Of a stretch of DNA of 64,000 bases, positions 1 through 14,213 are shown piece by piece. Both the position numbers and the translations under genes were made by a program. A model generated the notes under the pieces. The model saw only the letters and a program-made list of their open reading frames with translations. It was not told where the DNA came from and made no database searches. The stretch covers positions 63,674,001 to 63,738,000 of the forward strand of contig CM060733.1 of the NCBI GenBank assembly GCA_030704615.1, written 5' to 3'. Source of the stretch: Takakia lepidozioides (Eukaryota > Plantae > Bryophyta). How positions within the stretch are numbered: the stretch's first letter is position 1; every line of letters starts with the position of its first letter.

Positions 1-300
1 AAAGTGAACGAGACAAGGATGGGGAATGCACTTCGGATGAACTGTACAATCCAGAGCTCGACAGAAGTGCCCCCACCAGGATTCGGGCGTGTGTATCAGA
101 TGGCCACGGCGGGCTCAGCTGTTCGCAATGAGGTGTACACCATCACCATTTCAGAATTACCCACCTGCAATTGCACCGACTTCCAGATCATGGCGAACAA
201 GGGGGCATCATACTGCCCTTGCAAGCATTGTACTACGTGTACCTAAAGAGACTCCGTTGTAATTCCACAACTCATCACTTCATACATGCACCAGGGTTGA
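1..300 (+). pseudogene. C-terminal SWIM zinc-finger end of a MULE transposase (5' part outside window), apparently frameshifted near 235
   Basis: ORF 4..246 GFGRVYQMAT...YTITISELPTCNCTDF...CPCKH aligns with GYGRVFTIIT...YDITVSNFPNCTCPDF...PCKH of the transposase at 24630-24800. Confidence 0.7.
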
Positions 301-1094
301 GCCCCCAGGAGGTTCACACTCTTCTGAATATGGATCCAGGGGACCAGTGAGCTTGGCTTGCGGTCCCAATACAATGGTACGCCCATCCTTTTCGGATAGT
401 AGAACTGTACTGCTGCCAGTACCTCAGACTCTGGCCACAGAAAGGTCCGACATATGTCTTGCCTACCAGTAACCTGTTTTGCTCGAACTAAGATATTACT
501 ATATCGTTCACTTGTTTCCACGTGCATGTATTTTGTATGTTGGAGGGTTCATGTTTTTCTGCTTTCCGAAAACTTGCTTTCCTCATTCGACCTCCGACAA
601 GAAAATGCGGCGCCGCATTTCCAAGTATCGTCGTAGGTACTGGTAGAGGCGGCCTTCGCCAACACCAAACCGCTCCGAAATTTCGCACGTGCGAACCCTA
701 ATGCGGCACCTTATTTCCCAGTTCAGTTGCAAACCTTTCCCGCCGAATACCCGAAGAAGACATAATTGTGAAGTACTGCAGACTCTATTGGTGCAGACTC
801 CATTGGTTCAATCGCGGCAAAAGGGTCAGCTTCATTCCAATGTTAAGGCATGTAAAACCGCGGAATACTCTATACAGGCCAGTATGCGACATCCTTTTGC
901 AGTGGTATACTGGATTTCCCGTTGCACGGTCACTTATTTCCATGAGCGGATCTAAAAAACCATGAGCGGACTTGTTACTGACGACATATCTTCGCCGCAT
1001 TACATGATCTGGAACGTCCAAAAACGGCAAGGTCAAATAAAAAACTATTATTTTAATACTTGTTTAATCTGCCGCATTTCCAAATTTGGAGGAG

Positions 1095-1193
1095 TCCGCT
1101 CATGAAATCCGCGTATCTTAGACTTCGGCTCACCGCTCATGCGGCTCATGCGGCTCATGGCTCATGGCTCATGGTTTCTGCTCATGAAATAGT
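1095..1193 (+). repeat. GCTCAT(G) micro-repeat cluster, probable subterminal/TIR region of the MULE ending here
   Basis: gctcaccgctcatgcggctcatgcggctcatggctcatggctcatgg; parallels the GCTCAC(G) clusters at the ends of the 14214-25568 element. Confidence 0.45.
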
Positions 1194-1974
1194 AAACCTC
1201 CCCACTCACAATCTGAAATCTAAAATAATCAATCAAAGAAGTCCAAAGATGGCCAGCAAAAACCATAGCCTCAATTTCAAATAGCAAGGGTCCAGGTCGT
1301 GCTCCATGGCGCGCTCTCCACCGTTGATTGCGCAATGGGGCGATAGCCGCTAGATGTAGGGCTGTGGGGAGCGTGTATATCTGGCGCAACATGCATGTTC
1401 CCCTAGAGCTTTTCTGGCACCAGCCCGGGGTTGCGCGCGCCCTATTTTCTGGCGAATTTTTTGTTTTTTTTCCCAAGATTTTACATAGGGTTGTCGTAGC
1501 CCTTTGTTTTTTGTCGCTTTTAGGCTCCATTTCGCCTAAAAAAGAAGCGCTGATCCACACCGCATTTTGCACGAAATGTTCCATCCTAGAGTTGCGAATG
1601 AACCCTTCAGCTTTCAAGGTCGAAATGTACCAGTAATGTGTGAGAGGAGGCTACCTGTTAGGATGTAGACCAACCAATCCAGTCGAACGCCCGTCCATTT
1701 TCTGTCTTGTTTGGGACAAGAGCCTCTTCAGGTTTGCATGGTACGCTTCAATTCCAGCATTCGTATCTTGTCCGACATGTGGGATATTTCAAGCTCCAAC
1801 AACCAACATGTCCACTTTCGGGATCCACCATTTGTGGATATACAAGAAGAATAGTTTAGCTGGGGGATAATTTGTTTGTAACTCATACAATCTAAACACA
1901 GTCCAGGCCTGCGTAGGGTCACCAATGGGACCACCTTTATTGTACATGATGTCACCCATACCTTGCAAGACATC

Positions 1975-4600
1975 GGTCCTTAACTGGGCATCCTTGATCT
2001 TCTCGATGGCATTCCTCAGCTAGGCCCTTCGAACATGCCAAAGGCACAGGAAAACCGGCACCCCTAGGAATGTATGCCTGAACCATCCATAAAACGGCAT
2101 TAGCAAGGCCACTACAACACCACAACAGGACCACCACAAAATCAGATACAAGTATGAATCTCTGATAAGTGCTCCATGCTCGTGAAAGGCCGATAAAAAT
2201 CACATTGTCGGATCAAACATGTGCTGGTCCTGATCCCCTGGTACCCTGAGTGTCCGAAGTCTCTGATCACTGATCCCATAATTGATCCCCTTTCACCGAT
2301 CCCCCCATGCAACCTTGGATTCCTGGACCCTCGATCATTGTCGGCTGTGAGATCTGCTGCTCCTGATCCCCTGCTACCCTCCCCTGGTCCCTGATCACTG
2401 ATCCCATAATCGATCCCCTTTCACTGATCCCCCATGCAACCCTACACTCTTGGTCCCCTCTACACGGATCCCCCGGCAGGAAGCATTGTGACTGTTCCCC
2501 TCTCAGTGCTCCCCTCATGCAGAAGCAGGCAAGACAATGGAAGTTCATTGGTAGGGGGGAGGGATTGAGAACAAACCGAATGGCGTTAATCTCAGCATCG
2601 GCATCGTCCACAATGAATGCGTTGGGACGCCAATCCGGCTGATCGGCCTGGAGCCTTTGACGAAGTGCCAACATCCAACTTGACAAATCGTTGGCATTGT
2701 TTCTTGAAGATATTATGTATGCAACAGGGATGTCTTTCAACCAAATGTCGAAGACCATAAGAGTATACATGGCATACTACACACAAAGACAAAAATGTGC
2801 AATGTAAGTACTTTTGTTTTGAAAATAGGTGAAACATTTTACTGAAATTAATGACAAGAAATCACAGGAGGTGAACCCCGAACCCTGCAACCCCTTCTGT
2901 TCTCATTTTAGTATTATGTGACCCCCCTGTGGGCTATGCCATGATCCCCTGGAAGGAGACCATCCCTCCATCATTCCTCTCTATAACCCCCCAAGGCATG
3001 CATTTGCTAAGCTGTCTTCCCTCCTGCCTGCGCATCCCTCACTACGAATCACACAAATACACGTCATGGTCCCAAAACGGTCCCAACATATACAGAGCAG
3101 TATACATATGGAGTTTGGCCATGTGTCTAGTCCCCAATGGCTGAGGCAGCCGTTGTCGAATCCGAGTAGTAGTTAATGGGCTGAGGGGTGCAGTGGGATG
3201 GTCCATCTAATAGGTCATGGTCACTGGTGATGACCCAATGTCGTGATCCCCTGCACATCGGATAAGGCTATGGTCCCCCTGTGCCCCTGCCTCCACTGAT
3301 CCCCTTCACAGTGAAAGATGCTATGCTCTCATGCTCCCAGGAGTCCACGCCGTCGATTCCACATACCTTGTGTTCATTCGTTCCGAAGGTCGCATCACAA
3401 GAGACGATACGTTTGTCACCCTTGGAGCAGCATTGTTTTTTTCTGAAATTCTGTTTGAATGCCATGGCAAATTTGAGGTCGACATTGCCGCGCCGTGTTC
3501 CTCCAGCAGGGGCATCGGGCGTGTCCTCTTGATAGAAAAAAACACTCCGGGGCTGGGCCTCCTTCCACATCTTCAGACTGGTCCCCTTGTCCTTATGTCA
3601 CTTGAAAGTCTCACATGCCAGCTTGTCCATGATGTTTCTAATGTCATGCTCAAGCACAACATCATCACGACACCACTTCTCTCCATTGACCTTGCTGTCA
3701 AATACCTGTTGTTCATGTTGGGCCATGATTTCAGCAGGCAACAACCCAACACGTATGCTATCCGTTATCCACATCTTAACCTCTTCACTAAGGTGAGGTG
3801 CGTGCGCGAAATGGGTGTTACTTGAGGTCGGGTCAATGTGGCCATGGCAGACCTTGTCACATCCATCAACATGGTTTTTATTGTAGTATGTTATGACAGC
3901 AAGAGAAGGATCCAGGTAGCATCGTCCAATCCTAAACTGACAGAGGCAACCTCTCTTGATGGACTCTCCCTGAACGACTTTCTTCCGTCTCGGCCTTTTG
4001 TGGTTGTTGTAAGAAGGCGATGAAGCATCCAACACACACCCTCTCCTGCCGTTCCTTCTATTCAAAGAATGTTTATTGACAGGTATTACATTTGTGCGCT
4101 TGTCCTCAGATCCATAAGAACAATGGAACTTGAAATATGATGAGAACTATGTCGGCGGAGTGGAATACTCGGAGCAAGAGAGCATAGCATTTTGACAAAA
4201 TAGAAGAGCAAACAATGAAAACAAGCAGCATGCCATTACAAAGAACACATTGAGACCATCCAGAAACCACAAAGGTGAAGGCGGACTTTATCACAACAGA
4301 GCAACTATTGGCCCTTGGAGCTAAGAGCTCGCCCTCCTCATGCTTTCCCTTTTTAGGCATCGTTCTGTTGAAGTGAGTGGGCGCCTCTGCCTTTTCTTCC
4401 TCCCCTCTCACAAAATCGTCGATCCTGCTCCAAGGTATGACCACAACATCCGTATATACACGATGTCCACCTCCACTTGAAATAGTTGGAGTCCATATAA
4501 GCGACCTGTGGTTGAAGGAACCATCCGGGGGGATTTGCAACGTGCCACGCTGCTGTGATAGAAGGAATGATATGCGCAACTCCGAAGATCCAGTCATGAT
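1975..4600 (-). pseudogene. Degenerate intron-containing MULE-type transposase (plant SWIM-finger family type)
   Basis: Segments IPWSRIDDFVRGEE; ESIKRGCLCQF...HVDGCDKVCHG; VSCDATFGTNEHK (first D); YTLMVFD...PVAYIIS...NAFIVDDADAEINAIR (second D); broken CLWHVRR-like segment near 2050; frameshifts present. Confidence 0.75.
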
Positions 4601-4859
4601 GCCCGGCACCCCCTGCAGGAACAGTACACATCTGCAGACCACACGCGTCTTGCAGAAACAGTACACAGCAACAAACTACACGCGCAAAGAGGATCAAATC
4701 TCCGAGCAGCCGGAAACCCTAAATTTCAATACATCCACTCCGTTCATCTCATAGACCAAAATGGCGGGGGACGTGCATGGCCGTTGGATGGGGGCGGACG
4801 ACATAGATGAACAGAATGACAACCACATGCAAACAGCCCTGACATTTGACACGTGGAAG

Positions 4860-4870
4860 GGGGTTCGCTC

Positions 4871-4919
<49 letters not shown>

Positions 4920-6130
4920 CAGGGTGGGAAGACACGTGGCATGGCGGCGGCGGGGGGGGCGGAGGGGGATCAACCAGAGGCGGGGGAGCGGTTGGCTCGG
5001 GGGATCGGGTCTTGGATGGGACGAGGGGATCGATGGCCACGGAGACCGCCACGTGGTGGTAGAAGACGAGAGGGGGATCAATTGCCGGTTGGACGGGGGG
5101 ATCAACCGAGGCGGGGGGGGTCGCGGGCCCGGGGGATCGCCCACATGGATGGAGGACGGGATTGAATGCCGGGGACCGCGGTGGATGACCAGTTTTGAGG
5201 TTGGATGGATGCGCAGGGGATCCTCGGTTCAGGGGAGCACCACCTGGCGGCCGATGGCTGGAGGGGGATCAGTTACCGCATGGACGGGGGATCAAACGAG
5301 GGGGGGGGGGGGGGGGGGGGGACCCGGGGGATCGCGCCTCCGATGGGATGAGGGGATCGACGGCGGGGGGAGACGCCACGTGGCGGTGGGCGTGCCATGG
5401 GGCCTTCGTCCATCCAGTGCGGCGGGAGATGGGGGGGGATGAGGGGCGGATGACCCAGAACATCCATTGTTTTGAGGTTGGATGGATGAGCAGGGGATCG
5501 ACGGTTCAGGGGAGCAAACACGTGGCGGGTGATTAGAGGTGGGGATCACTGTGGGTCCGGAGTGGGGATCAAGCCAGGTCGGGGGGAGCGGCGGGACGTG
5601 TCGGGGGATTGCGCCGCTGGATGGGAAGGAGGGGACGGCGGCGGGGGAGCGCCACGTGCCGTCCGATGGTGGAGGGGGATCAGTCACCGCATTGGATGGG
5701 ATCAACGAGGGGGGGGGGGGGGGGGGGGCGGACGTGTCGAGGGATCGGGCCGTCGATGGGAAGAGGGGATCAACGGCGGGGGGTGGTCGCGGGAGGAAGG
5801 CGGGGTGGGGGGGTGATGAGGGGCGGATATGACACACAAATCCACTGTTTGTGAGGTCGGATGGATGCGTAGGGGATGACGGTCCGGGGAGCCGCATGTG
5901 GCGGGCGATTAGGGTTGGGGGATCACTCCGGTCCGGAAGGGGGATCAAGGCGCGCGGGGGGGAGTGCAACGTCTCGGGGGGGAGCGCGCCGTGGATGGGA
6001 GGAGGGGATCGACGGTTCGGGGTAGCGCCACGTGGCTAGGGAGAGATGGGGTTGGGGGATCACTCCGGCACTGGAAGGGGGATCAACCCAGTGAGGGGAT
6101 CCACAGCGGGGGGCCGCCACGTGGCTGGAG
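4860..6130 (+). repeat. GC-rich degenerate repeat with GGGGATC and CCACGTGG motifs and poly-G runs
   Basis: Recurrent gaggttggatggatg / ggggatc / gccacgtggc units; long G runs near 4873, 5300 and 5708; related copy at 32690-32900. Confidence 0.8.
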
Positions 6131-9100
6131 ATCTCCTCGTCCGTCTCACCATGCCACCGAGCTCCACTGTCATCCTGTTGGCTCGTGCATGGATTGCGAC
6201 TCAATCCATCCGCATCCCGATGACCAAACCCGTCGATGCACAACCTGAAAGTCATACTCCTGGAGTATGAGTGCCCACCGTGCAAGCTTCCCCGTAAGCT
6301 TGTTGACTCCATCAACCACTTGAGTGGTTGGTGATCCGTGACAAGGGAAGAGAAAGAAAAGATGTTTATAGATGCACCTGAAGTGTGCCACGACCCACAC
6401 TGCAGCTAAGCACTCTCCCTCATATGAGCTTGTACTTAGCTTGCAGCGTTGTTCGAGCGGCTAGCATAAGCCACTACGAACTCTCTTCCTCATCATCCAC
6501 CTATGTGAGCACCGCTCCAAGCCCCAGCATGCTCCAATCCGTATGCAGATGAAAGGGACACCCCTGATAGGTCGTCTCAGGATAGGCGCCGAGGTCACCT
6601 CACCTTGAGCTCTTGAAAAGCTCGTTCCTGCTCATCTTCCCACTGCCACTCCTGGTCCACCTTGGTCAGCTTGGTTAGAGCCTTGCAATGGTACTAAATC
6701 CTTGACCAAACGTCTATAATAGTTTGCCAACCCCATTGAAAGCTCGAAACTCGGCTCACATCCGTGGGGCGTGGAATTTGTGCAATGGCCTCTACCTTAG
6801 TCTGCTGTACCCCCAATCCTCCAGGATATATCATGTGACCCAGATACTCAATCTGGTTGTGGAAAAAACTTGCACTTCCCCGGATGCAACTTCAATCCGT
6901 GCGCTCTCTCAGCGCTCCAATACCACCTGAAGGTGTCTCTCATGCTCCTCCATCGTAACACTAAAGATGATGATGTCATCTATGTAGCACCGAGCAAAGT
7001 CCACCCCTGCTAGAATCATATCCATGACTCTCTGAAACTCTGCAGGAGCATTCTTAAGCCCAAATGGTAAGAACCGCCACTGACATAGGCAATCCTTGCC
7101 GTGCTCATTGATCCCCCATAATGTCGTCTTCTGCTTGTCCGCCTCCTTGATTGGCAACTAGTGATATCCGGATCGTAAATCCAAAGTGCTAAAGGCCTTA
7201 GCATGCCCGATGGCATCAAAGATCTCCTCTGGTGTTGGCATGGCATACTTATCGGACTTGGTCTGACGATTTACAGGCCGGTAATCACCGCACATACGTC
7301 TCTCCGTCCAATTGCCATAGACATCCTTCTTGGCTGGCATCACTGTGGCTGAAGCATACTCTCTACCAGAGAGCTCCACCAAACCTGCCTCCCAGAGATC
7401 TTGAGTCCTCATCTGAATCAAAGACCTCTCCATGTCACTATATCTATAGGGTCTCCGAAAGATTGGCGTGTCAGTGGCCAACTCAATACGGATCTCTTGA
7501 CCCTTCAGTGCTCCCAAGTCCTTCAAACTGAAGGCAAAGCAAATCCTGTAAGCCCTCAGGAACCGCCGTATACGTCGTCTCTCTCCTCTGGTGACAATGG
7601 GTCCAATGTCAGGCTCCCAATTGTCCTCCGTAACTGCAACCTTAAGTCCAGTGGGCTTAGAGGTAGAGGACGCGTCCAGTGGTTGCTATGTTGCAACCTC
7701 TTGAGCAGTACTCCCTGCCTGCTCAGTCAATGACAATGCCTCATCCTGCCCCATCATCTCATCCTTGAGGACCTCCTCAACCGGGAAGAATCCCCAACCT
7801 CATCCATCACAACCGCCTTGGCTGCCAACTCCCTTTGAACCTCGAGCACCTCCCACGTGTGCCATGGATGCATGCACCCCGTGGTCCTCACATGTCGCCC
7901 CCACTCACTGCTTGTACCGTCTCGGTAGGCAGAGAGACCATCGAGGGAAGTGTACTCCGCACTCTGCGTTGCTCAGCTAGAGCCAAGCTGATAATCCAGG
8001 TCAAGCAATTGAGATCCATTGCTTGCCCCAACACTTGAAACGTGATGCCTCAGAAAGAGACGACACCGCCGTGGTGGACCAGTGGTAAAACCCATTGCCC
8101 GCTCACGCTTGTCAGCATTAGGCTCACTAACTGCTGCAACTGAGCATCCCACAGGAGGCCAAGTCCACTATCCCGGAAAGCATGCGATCCTGGGAAGCTG
8201 AGCAGTGTAGGTAATGCTGCTCGTGGTTGACCCACCTTGTTGACCACTGCCAAAGGCGAACGGTCATCGTGTCTCACCGATGAGACTGCCTCCCTGTGTC
8301 CAGAATGCTATCCACTGTGAGATGTGCTGGCCGCTGCACCCCATCAAATGCACGCTTGAGCAGTGCGGGTGGCATCAAGTTAGTCCACCATAGCCGTGGA
8401 CGATGAGCCCGTGACCCACATTGTAGCTGCATCTAGCAACACTGCTGACCAAGCCATGACGGACTTGATGCACACTGGCCATCATCCTGGCCCGAGAATC
8501 GCCCATCAGTGGCACATTCTCCAAGATGTATGCTGGAGATACAGCTTGATGAAGCTGCAAGTGGCGCAAAACCCGCACCATCTCCCAAAACAGGACCCGA
8601 CCTCGAGTCTCGCAATCCATTGTCATGCCCGGCTGATGAATGCCCTTGGCAGGGCAACATGCCACTACCAGATCAATGGAGCCAACCTGCTCAAATCCTG
8701 CGCCCCCAGCAACGAAATGTCTGCTGGCAAGGCCTGCTGATATCTACGAATTGCAGACACCAACAACAACTCAGGGTACCGCTGCACCAACTGAGCAACA
8801 TGGCGAAGTGAAACGCGTCGTGCAGTCTCATCCCTCTCCACATACAGGTAACGCCGAACTTGTACACCTGCCTGTAACACAGCAGCCAATCCGGTGCTGA
8901 TCCCGCCAAACAAGTCCAGAAGACAAATGCCTTCATCCGGATACTGCCACACAATAGGTGTGGTGTCCAATGGAGACAACTGAGGTGGTCCTGGTGCAAT
9001 CCCCGCACTCTCCTCCTCTCCTGACGGTACAAAAGCCTCCACCCAGGCTTGTTGCACCCGTCGATCAGCATCCCGCTGCAAATCCTTGCTCGTGCCCCAC

Positions 9101-11435
9101 AATGGAGTCTGAGCAACCATGGTAGGCAACTCCGCCATACCATACATGTCATCCTGCTCTCCTGGAGGTGGCACATCCTCTGAATGAGCGTTGCCCTCAA
9201 ACAACTCTCTAGGCCAACTCACTGCCGCTGTGAATGCTGCTAGTGTCGGCATCTTGCCTCGCTGGGCAACCGCAACTCCTCCTATGAACGTCACAGGGAG
9301 CTGCACACGCCGGCCCTCCCCTGACTGCCATGCAGGCCTATAGGAAGCTGACTCCTCCCAAAAATCCAGGGTGAAGCCCATGGGGTACAACACTGCCCCA
9401 CCAACCAAGACATCGTATGAGACCGCGTCTGTCACAATGGCCTTGGCTCGCATCACTGAGCCATCTGTAGGGTGATCCGGCCGTAGTCTGATAGCCAACT
9501 CACGCCATGTCATGCCCCGAGCCTGCTCCGATCCTCCCAGAGACGTCTGTATCTGGAAAGGACAAGGCTCCATATCCACCTCCGTGAGGCCCAAGCCTGC
9601 AATAGCAGCTCTGCCCAGCATCAATGGCTGAGCTCCCGAGTCCAACAAGACCCGCAGTGGCCGGTACCTCTTGCCTGCCGGTCCACTCAAACAGAAAATG
9701 CCATCCTGGTTGTCTAACATGACAACTCCAGGTGTCACCATGGCGCGCTCAATGGCTGGCCTAGCTGGCAGCTCCATCAACTTGGCAGCTGCAGCTTGCC
9801 ATGGCGCCGCCGTGGCAGTCTTGACCCTTAAATCCGAGGATCCCTCCGGCACTACACCTCCCACTATCTCCGCAGAAGATGAAGTAACCTCCCCACTCTC
9901 ACAGAGTGTAGCTGCCAGCCTGAACACCTCAACTGGTCTTACCCACCACGTCGCAATCATGGTAGCCGAGAACAATGGAGCCTGACACATAGATGTGGCC
10001 GCTCCTAGTAGCACACTAGCTGTCGTAGCCTTGGCAACACTAGGTAGTGGTGCTACCCGTGTAGCTCTCCCCAATGGCATAGTAACCTCCGCCTCGGTAA
10101 CAGTCGGGCGAGAACTAGGTGCCATGGATGGCGTCGACACTGTCTCTGCCAATGTGAATGACTAAGGAAGCCTAGCCTGACGGCTTGCCTCCCCACGCTG
10201 TGGATCCAACTCCACCTCTGCACCTTGTGGCTCAGGAACTCGTGCTGCTCCTCGAGTCACGGCTGCAGCAGACTCCACCTGCACTAGTGGTAGTGCTGCT
10301 CCACACATGAATCCCATGCCTCCCATATCTCCTCCCTCAGGAGCAGGAGGTGGACCATCCGGCCTTAGAGCCGGTACCACCTGAGCTGTAGCCATGGCAG
10401 CGAGCCTCTGCTCTAGCTGCTGAAGCCGGTTGGCCATGCCTTGGTCAACCCCTTGACCTCCGCGTCCTTGACCATGTTGAGCTTGCCCTTGGCCTGCACC
10501 TCGTGGCTGGCCACCTCGTCCTCTCTGGGCTGCTCCACCTCGCCCCCGGCCACCATTGTTCCCTTGGAACTGGCCTGGGTGCAACTCAGGATGCAAACCA
10601 TAACACTGGGCCTCTCCATGCCCGTGCTTGCCACAATGCCCACACTGCAACTGTGCAGGCTGTGCATGTGCCGGCCCTTTGCCTCCCTCTGGGCAATCCT
10701 TCTTGACATGGGGTCCTCCACATGTCCAGCACACCACATCCGCCCGTTGTTGCCCAGCAAATGAAGGGAGAGACCCCTGCATCTGAGGTCCTCTCTGCCC
10801 TTCCCTGAGCTTCACCTGAGCCCCCTTGTTGCCTTGAGCACGTTGAGGTAGTGGTTGGCTAGGAGCACCACTACCCCGTGGTGTCTCCTTAGCAAATCCC
10901 ACCATGACCACTCGTTCCTCCACCATGTTGAGCTCTATCCGCTCTACCAGCAAAAACACATTTGCTAAGGTGGGTTGGGCCGCTTGTAGGAGAGTTGCAT
11001 CCCCCACCCTTCTCCTCAGCTCCTTGTCCAATATCCCATACCAGAATTGGACTGCCTGAGCTTCCGTAACCCCTTGGGTTATATTTATCAAGCGCCTCAT
11101 GCGAGTGAAAGCCTCCCTAAAGCTCTCGGTCGGCTTCCGTTGGAACTCTTGCAAGCTCCGCAACTTCTCTGTCCTCACCCCTTGGTAGTTCCCTCTCAAC
11201 TCTTCGAAGAACTCCACAACAGGGTTGAAGGCAGGTACGGGTACTAGTGCTGGTGCGGTAGTGGCGTGGGTGGACGTCGTAGCTACTGTACCACCAATCC
11301 CACTAGTCCCTCTACTACTTGCTGAAGCTGCCGGTGCAGCGACAGGTGTAGCCACTGCCCTTGTGGCTCTAGTGCCCCTAGTGATGGAGACATAGTCGGG
11401 TGACCAGTACATCCTCCACTCCTCGATCTCAACCT
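6130..11435 (-). mobile_element. Truncated, decayed copy of the DNMT-carrying Ty3/Gypsy element (gag-PR-DNMT-RT-RNaseH)
   Basis: ORFs 10162..11412 (gag, two Zn knuckles), 8665..10152 (LLDSGAQ protease, DLFGG), 8375..8665 (ENV), 7158..7526 and 6909..7157 (RT, YIDD); collinear with 54500-59790. Confidence 0.92.
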
Positions 11436-11442
11436 CATGAGT

Positions 11443-11848
11443 GCTTAGCTGCAGTATGGGCAGTGATACATTTCAGATGCTACCTCTATGGAGGCAATCT
11501 CTTCACCATTGTCACGGATCACCAACCATTGAAGTGGTTGATGGAGTTAGACAAACTTACTGGGAAGCTTGCACGGTAGGCACTTATGCTTCAAGAGTAC
11601 AACTTTAAGGTGGTGCATCGAGCCGGTATAGTCAATCGGGATGCAGATGGATTGAGTTGTAATCCATGCATGAGCGAGCATGATGATACTGGAGCTCGGT
11701 GGCATGGTGAGACGGATGAGGAGATGGTACCAGGATGACATGCATCTGCCTTTTTGTGCATTCTAGCAATGGGAGCTCAAGCTGGTCCATCCCATAGGAT
11801 TGGTCATATAGATGGTGTGCATGACGATCCGGAGATCAGCGATGAGCT
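11443..11848 (+). mobile_element. RNase H fragment of the same Gypsy family in opposite orientation
   Basis: gcttagctgcagtatgggcag...gtcacggatcaccaacca...gagacggatgaggagatgg matches about 59509-59908. Confidence 0.85.
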
Positions 11849-12649
11849 TTTCATTAGGAGCAAGGCTTCTCTTGCTCTTCATCTAGTTCTTCATCTTGCT
11901 CTTCATCTAGCTCATTTGCTTAGTTTCCTCTTGTTGTAGTGCTTGCTAGTTTTTGGCTTGAGGAGGGGCTAGATCCTAGGGAGTGAAGCTTGAAACTCCC
12001 TAGTTAGATAGAATTCTTGAGAGCTAAGGCAAGAGACCTAGCTTGTGGGCCATTTTCATTTGTGAAGGAAGAGGGCAATTTCATGTGGATGAAAGTGACT
12101 TGTGGACGAGTAAGAGGGGCTGGTATGGACTTATGGACAAGAGCCCAAGTGAAGCCCGCATAGAGTACCATTACTTGAGTTGATAATGCATCCCAAACAC
12201 TCTTGCATTGAAAGGTTGATCCCATCTTACCATTTCACTACTTATGTATGTGATTCATTTATTTTCCAAGCAAAGCTTGAAGTCTTTCAAATAGGCTATG
12301 GGGTTCTTCCCCTTGTCAATCATAGACATGAAAATAGTGGGATTCCACAATGCATGCTCCTCTTTTGAGGGCCTAAATGAAGAAGGAATCTTGGTGTTTT
12401 TGGTTACTAATTTGGAATATAGCCAGCTCTGGAAAAGGAAGGCCAGCAGGCTGGATCTATGATATAAGGCCACTATAAGGCCACAATGTACTAATCCCCC
12501 CCCCCCCCCCCCCCACAAGCAAGCCATGGAGGCCTAGGGGAGGGTGGATTGTTATTTTTTTTGTCTTGGGGTTTGGGCGGGCTCAATTTGCTTGACAGCA
12601 GCTGCCCCAAAGTTGCGAGCAGCCCGGGAGGAGCCCGGGTGTTAGCCGT

Positions 12650-14213
12650 GTTTGGCCCAATTTCACATCAAAAAACAAGCAGAGAGGGGGGCCAAAACAG
12701 CATGCGTTGCCGCACACTGTTTGAGCTTCTAATAAGGGGTAGATTCAACCTGCCAGAGTGGCCCTAGGTGCCCGATTTTCTCATCAAAAAATAAGCAAAA
12801 AAGGGGGCTCAAACAGTGTGCATTGCCGCACACTGTTTGAGCTTCCAATAAGGGGTGATTTGAACATGGCATAGTGGCCCTGAGTGGCCGATTTTCAGGC
12901 TGTGAAGGGGGCACAAACAGTGTGCATTGCCGCACACTGTTTGAGCTTCCAATAAGGGGTGGATCCAACCTGCCAGAGTGGCCCTAGGTGCCCGATTTTC
13001 ACATCAAAAAACAAGCAAAAAGGGGGCTCAAACAGTGTGTGTTGCCGCACACTGTTTGAGCTTCCAATTCAGGGTGGATTCAACCTGCCACGGTGGCCCC
13101 AGGTGCTCGATTTTCTCATCAAAAAACATGCAAAAAAGGAGGGCTCAAACAGTGTGCGTTGTGCGAATAAGGGGTGATTTGAACATGGCATAGTGGCCCT
13201 GAGTGGCCGATTTTCAAATAAAAAAACAGGCTGGGAAGGGGGCACAAACAGTGTGTGTTGCCGCACACTGTTTGAGCTTCCAATAGGGGGTGGATTCAAT
13301 GTGCCAGAGTGGCCCTAGGTGCCCGATTTTCTCATCAAAAAACAAGTTAAAAAAGGGGGCTCAAACAGTGTGCGTTGCCGCACACTATTTGAGCTTCCAA
13401 TTTATGGTGGATTCAACCGGCCAGAGTGGCCCTAGGTGCCCGATTTTCACATCAAAAAACAAGCAAAAAGTGGGCTCAAACAGTGTGCAGTGCCGCACAC
13501 TGTTAGAGCTTCCAATTCAGGGTGGAGTCAACCTACCAGAGTGGCCCTATGTGGCCGATTTTCACAACAAAAAGCAATCACAAAGGGGGGCTCAAACAGT
13601 GTGCGTTGCTGCACACTGTTTGAGCTTCCAATAAGGGGTATTTACAACCTGCCAGAGTGGGCCCATGGTGGCCGATTTTCACATAAAAAAACAAGCAAAA
13701 AAAGGTGCTCAAACAGTGTGCGTTGCCGCACACTGTTTGAGCTTCCAATTCGGGGTGGATTCAATCTGCCAGAGTGGCCCTATGTGACCGATTTTCACAA
13801 CAAAAAGCAATCACAAAGGGGGGCTCAAACAGTGTGCGTTGCCGCACTCTGTTTGAGCTTCCAAATAGGGGTGGAATGAACCTTACAGAGAGGCCCCTGT
13901 GTGCACGATTTTCACATGGAACAAACAATGACAAGGGGGGCTCAAAAAGTATGCGTTGCCGCACACTGTTGGAGCTTCCAATTCGGGGTGGATTCAACCT
14001 GCCAGAGTGGCCCTGTGTGCACGATTTGCACACCAAAAAACAAAGCAAAAGGGGGGCTCAAACAGTGTGCGTTGACGCACACTGTTTGAGCTGCCAGATA
14101 AGTGTGGATTGAACCTCACAGAGATGCCCTATGTGGCCGATTTTAACATGAAACAAACAATGAGAAGGGGGGCTCAAACAGTGTGCGTTGACGTACACTG
14201 TTTGAGCTTCGAA
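12650..14213. repeat. ~117-bp tandem satellite (~14 monomers), each with a 16-bp-stem hairpin
   Basis: Monomer core GCTCAAACAGTGTGCG-TTGC-CGCACACTGTTTGAGC followed by TTCCAATAAGGGGTGGATTCAACCTGCCAGAGTGGCCC; array resumes at 25569. Confidence 0.95.

Noticed and set aside
4744-6040. Gly/Pro-rich ORFs on both strands
   Set aside because: Artefacts of poly-G and GC-rich repeats
12650-14213. CRISPR-like array (palindromic repeats at regular spacing)
   Set aside because: Spacers are homologous to each other, no cas genes are present, and the context is eukaryotic: it is a satellite
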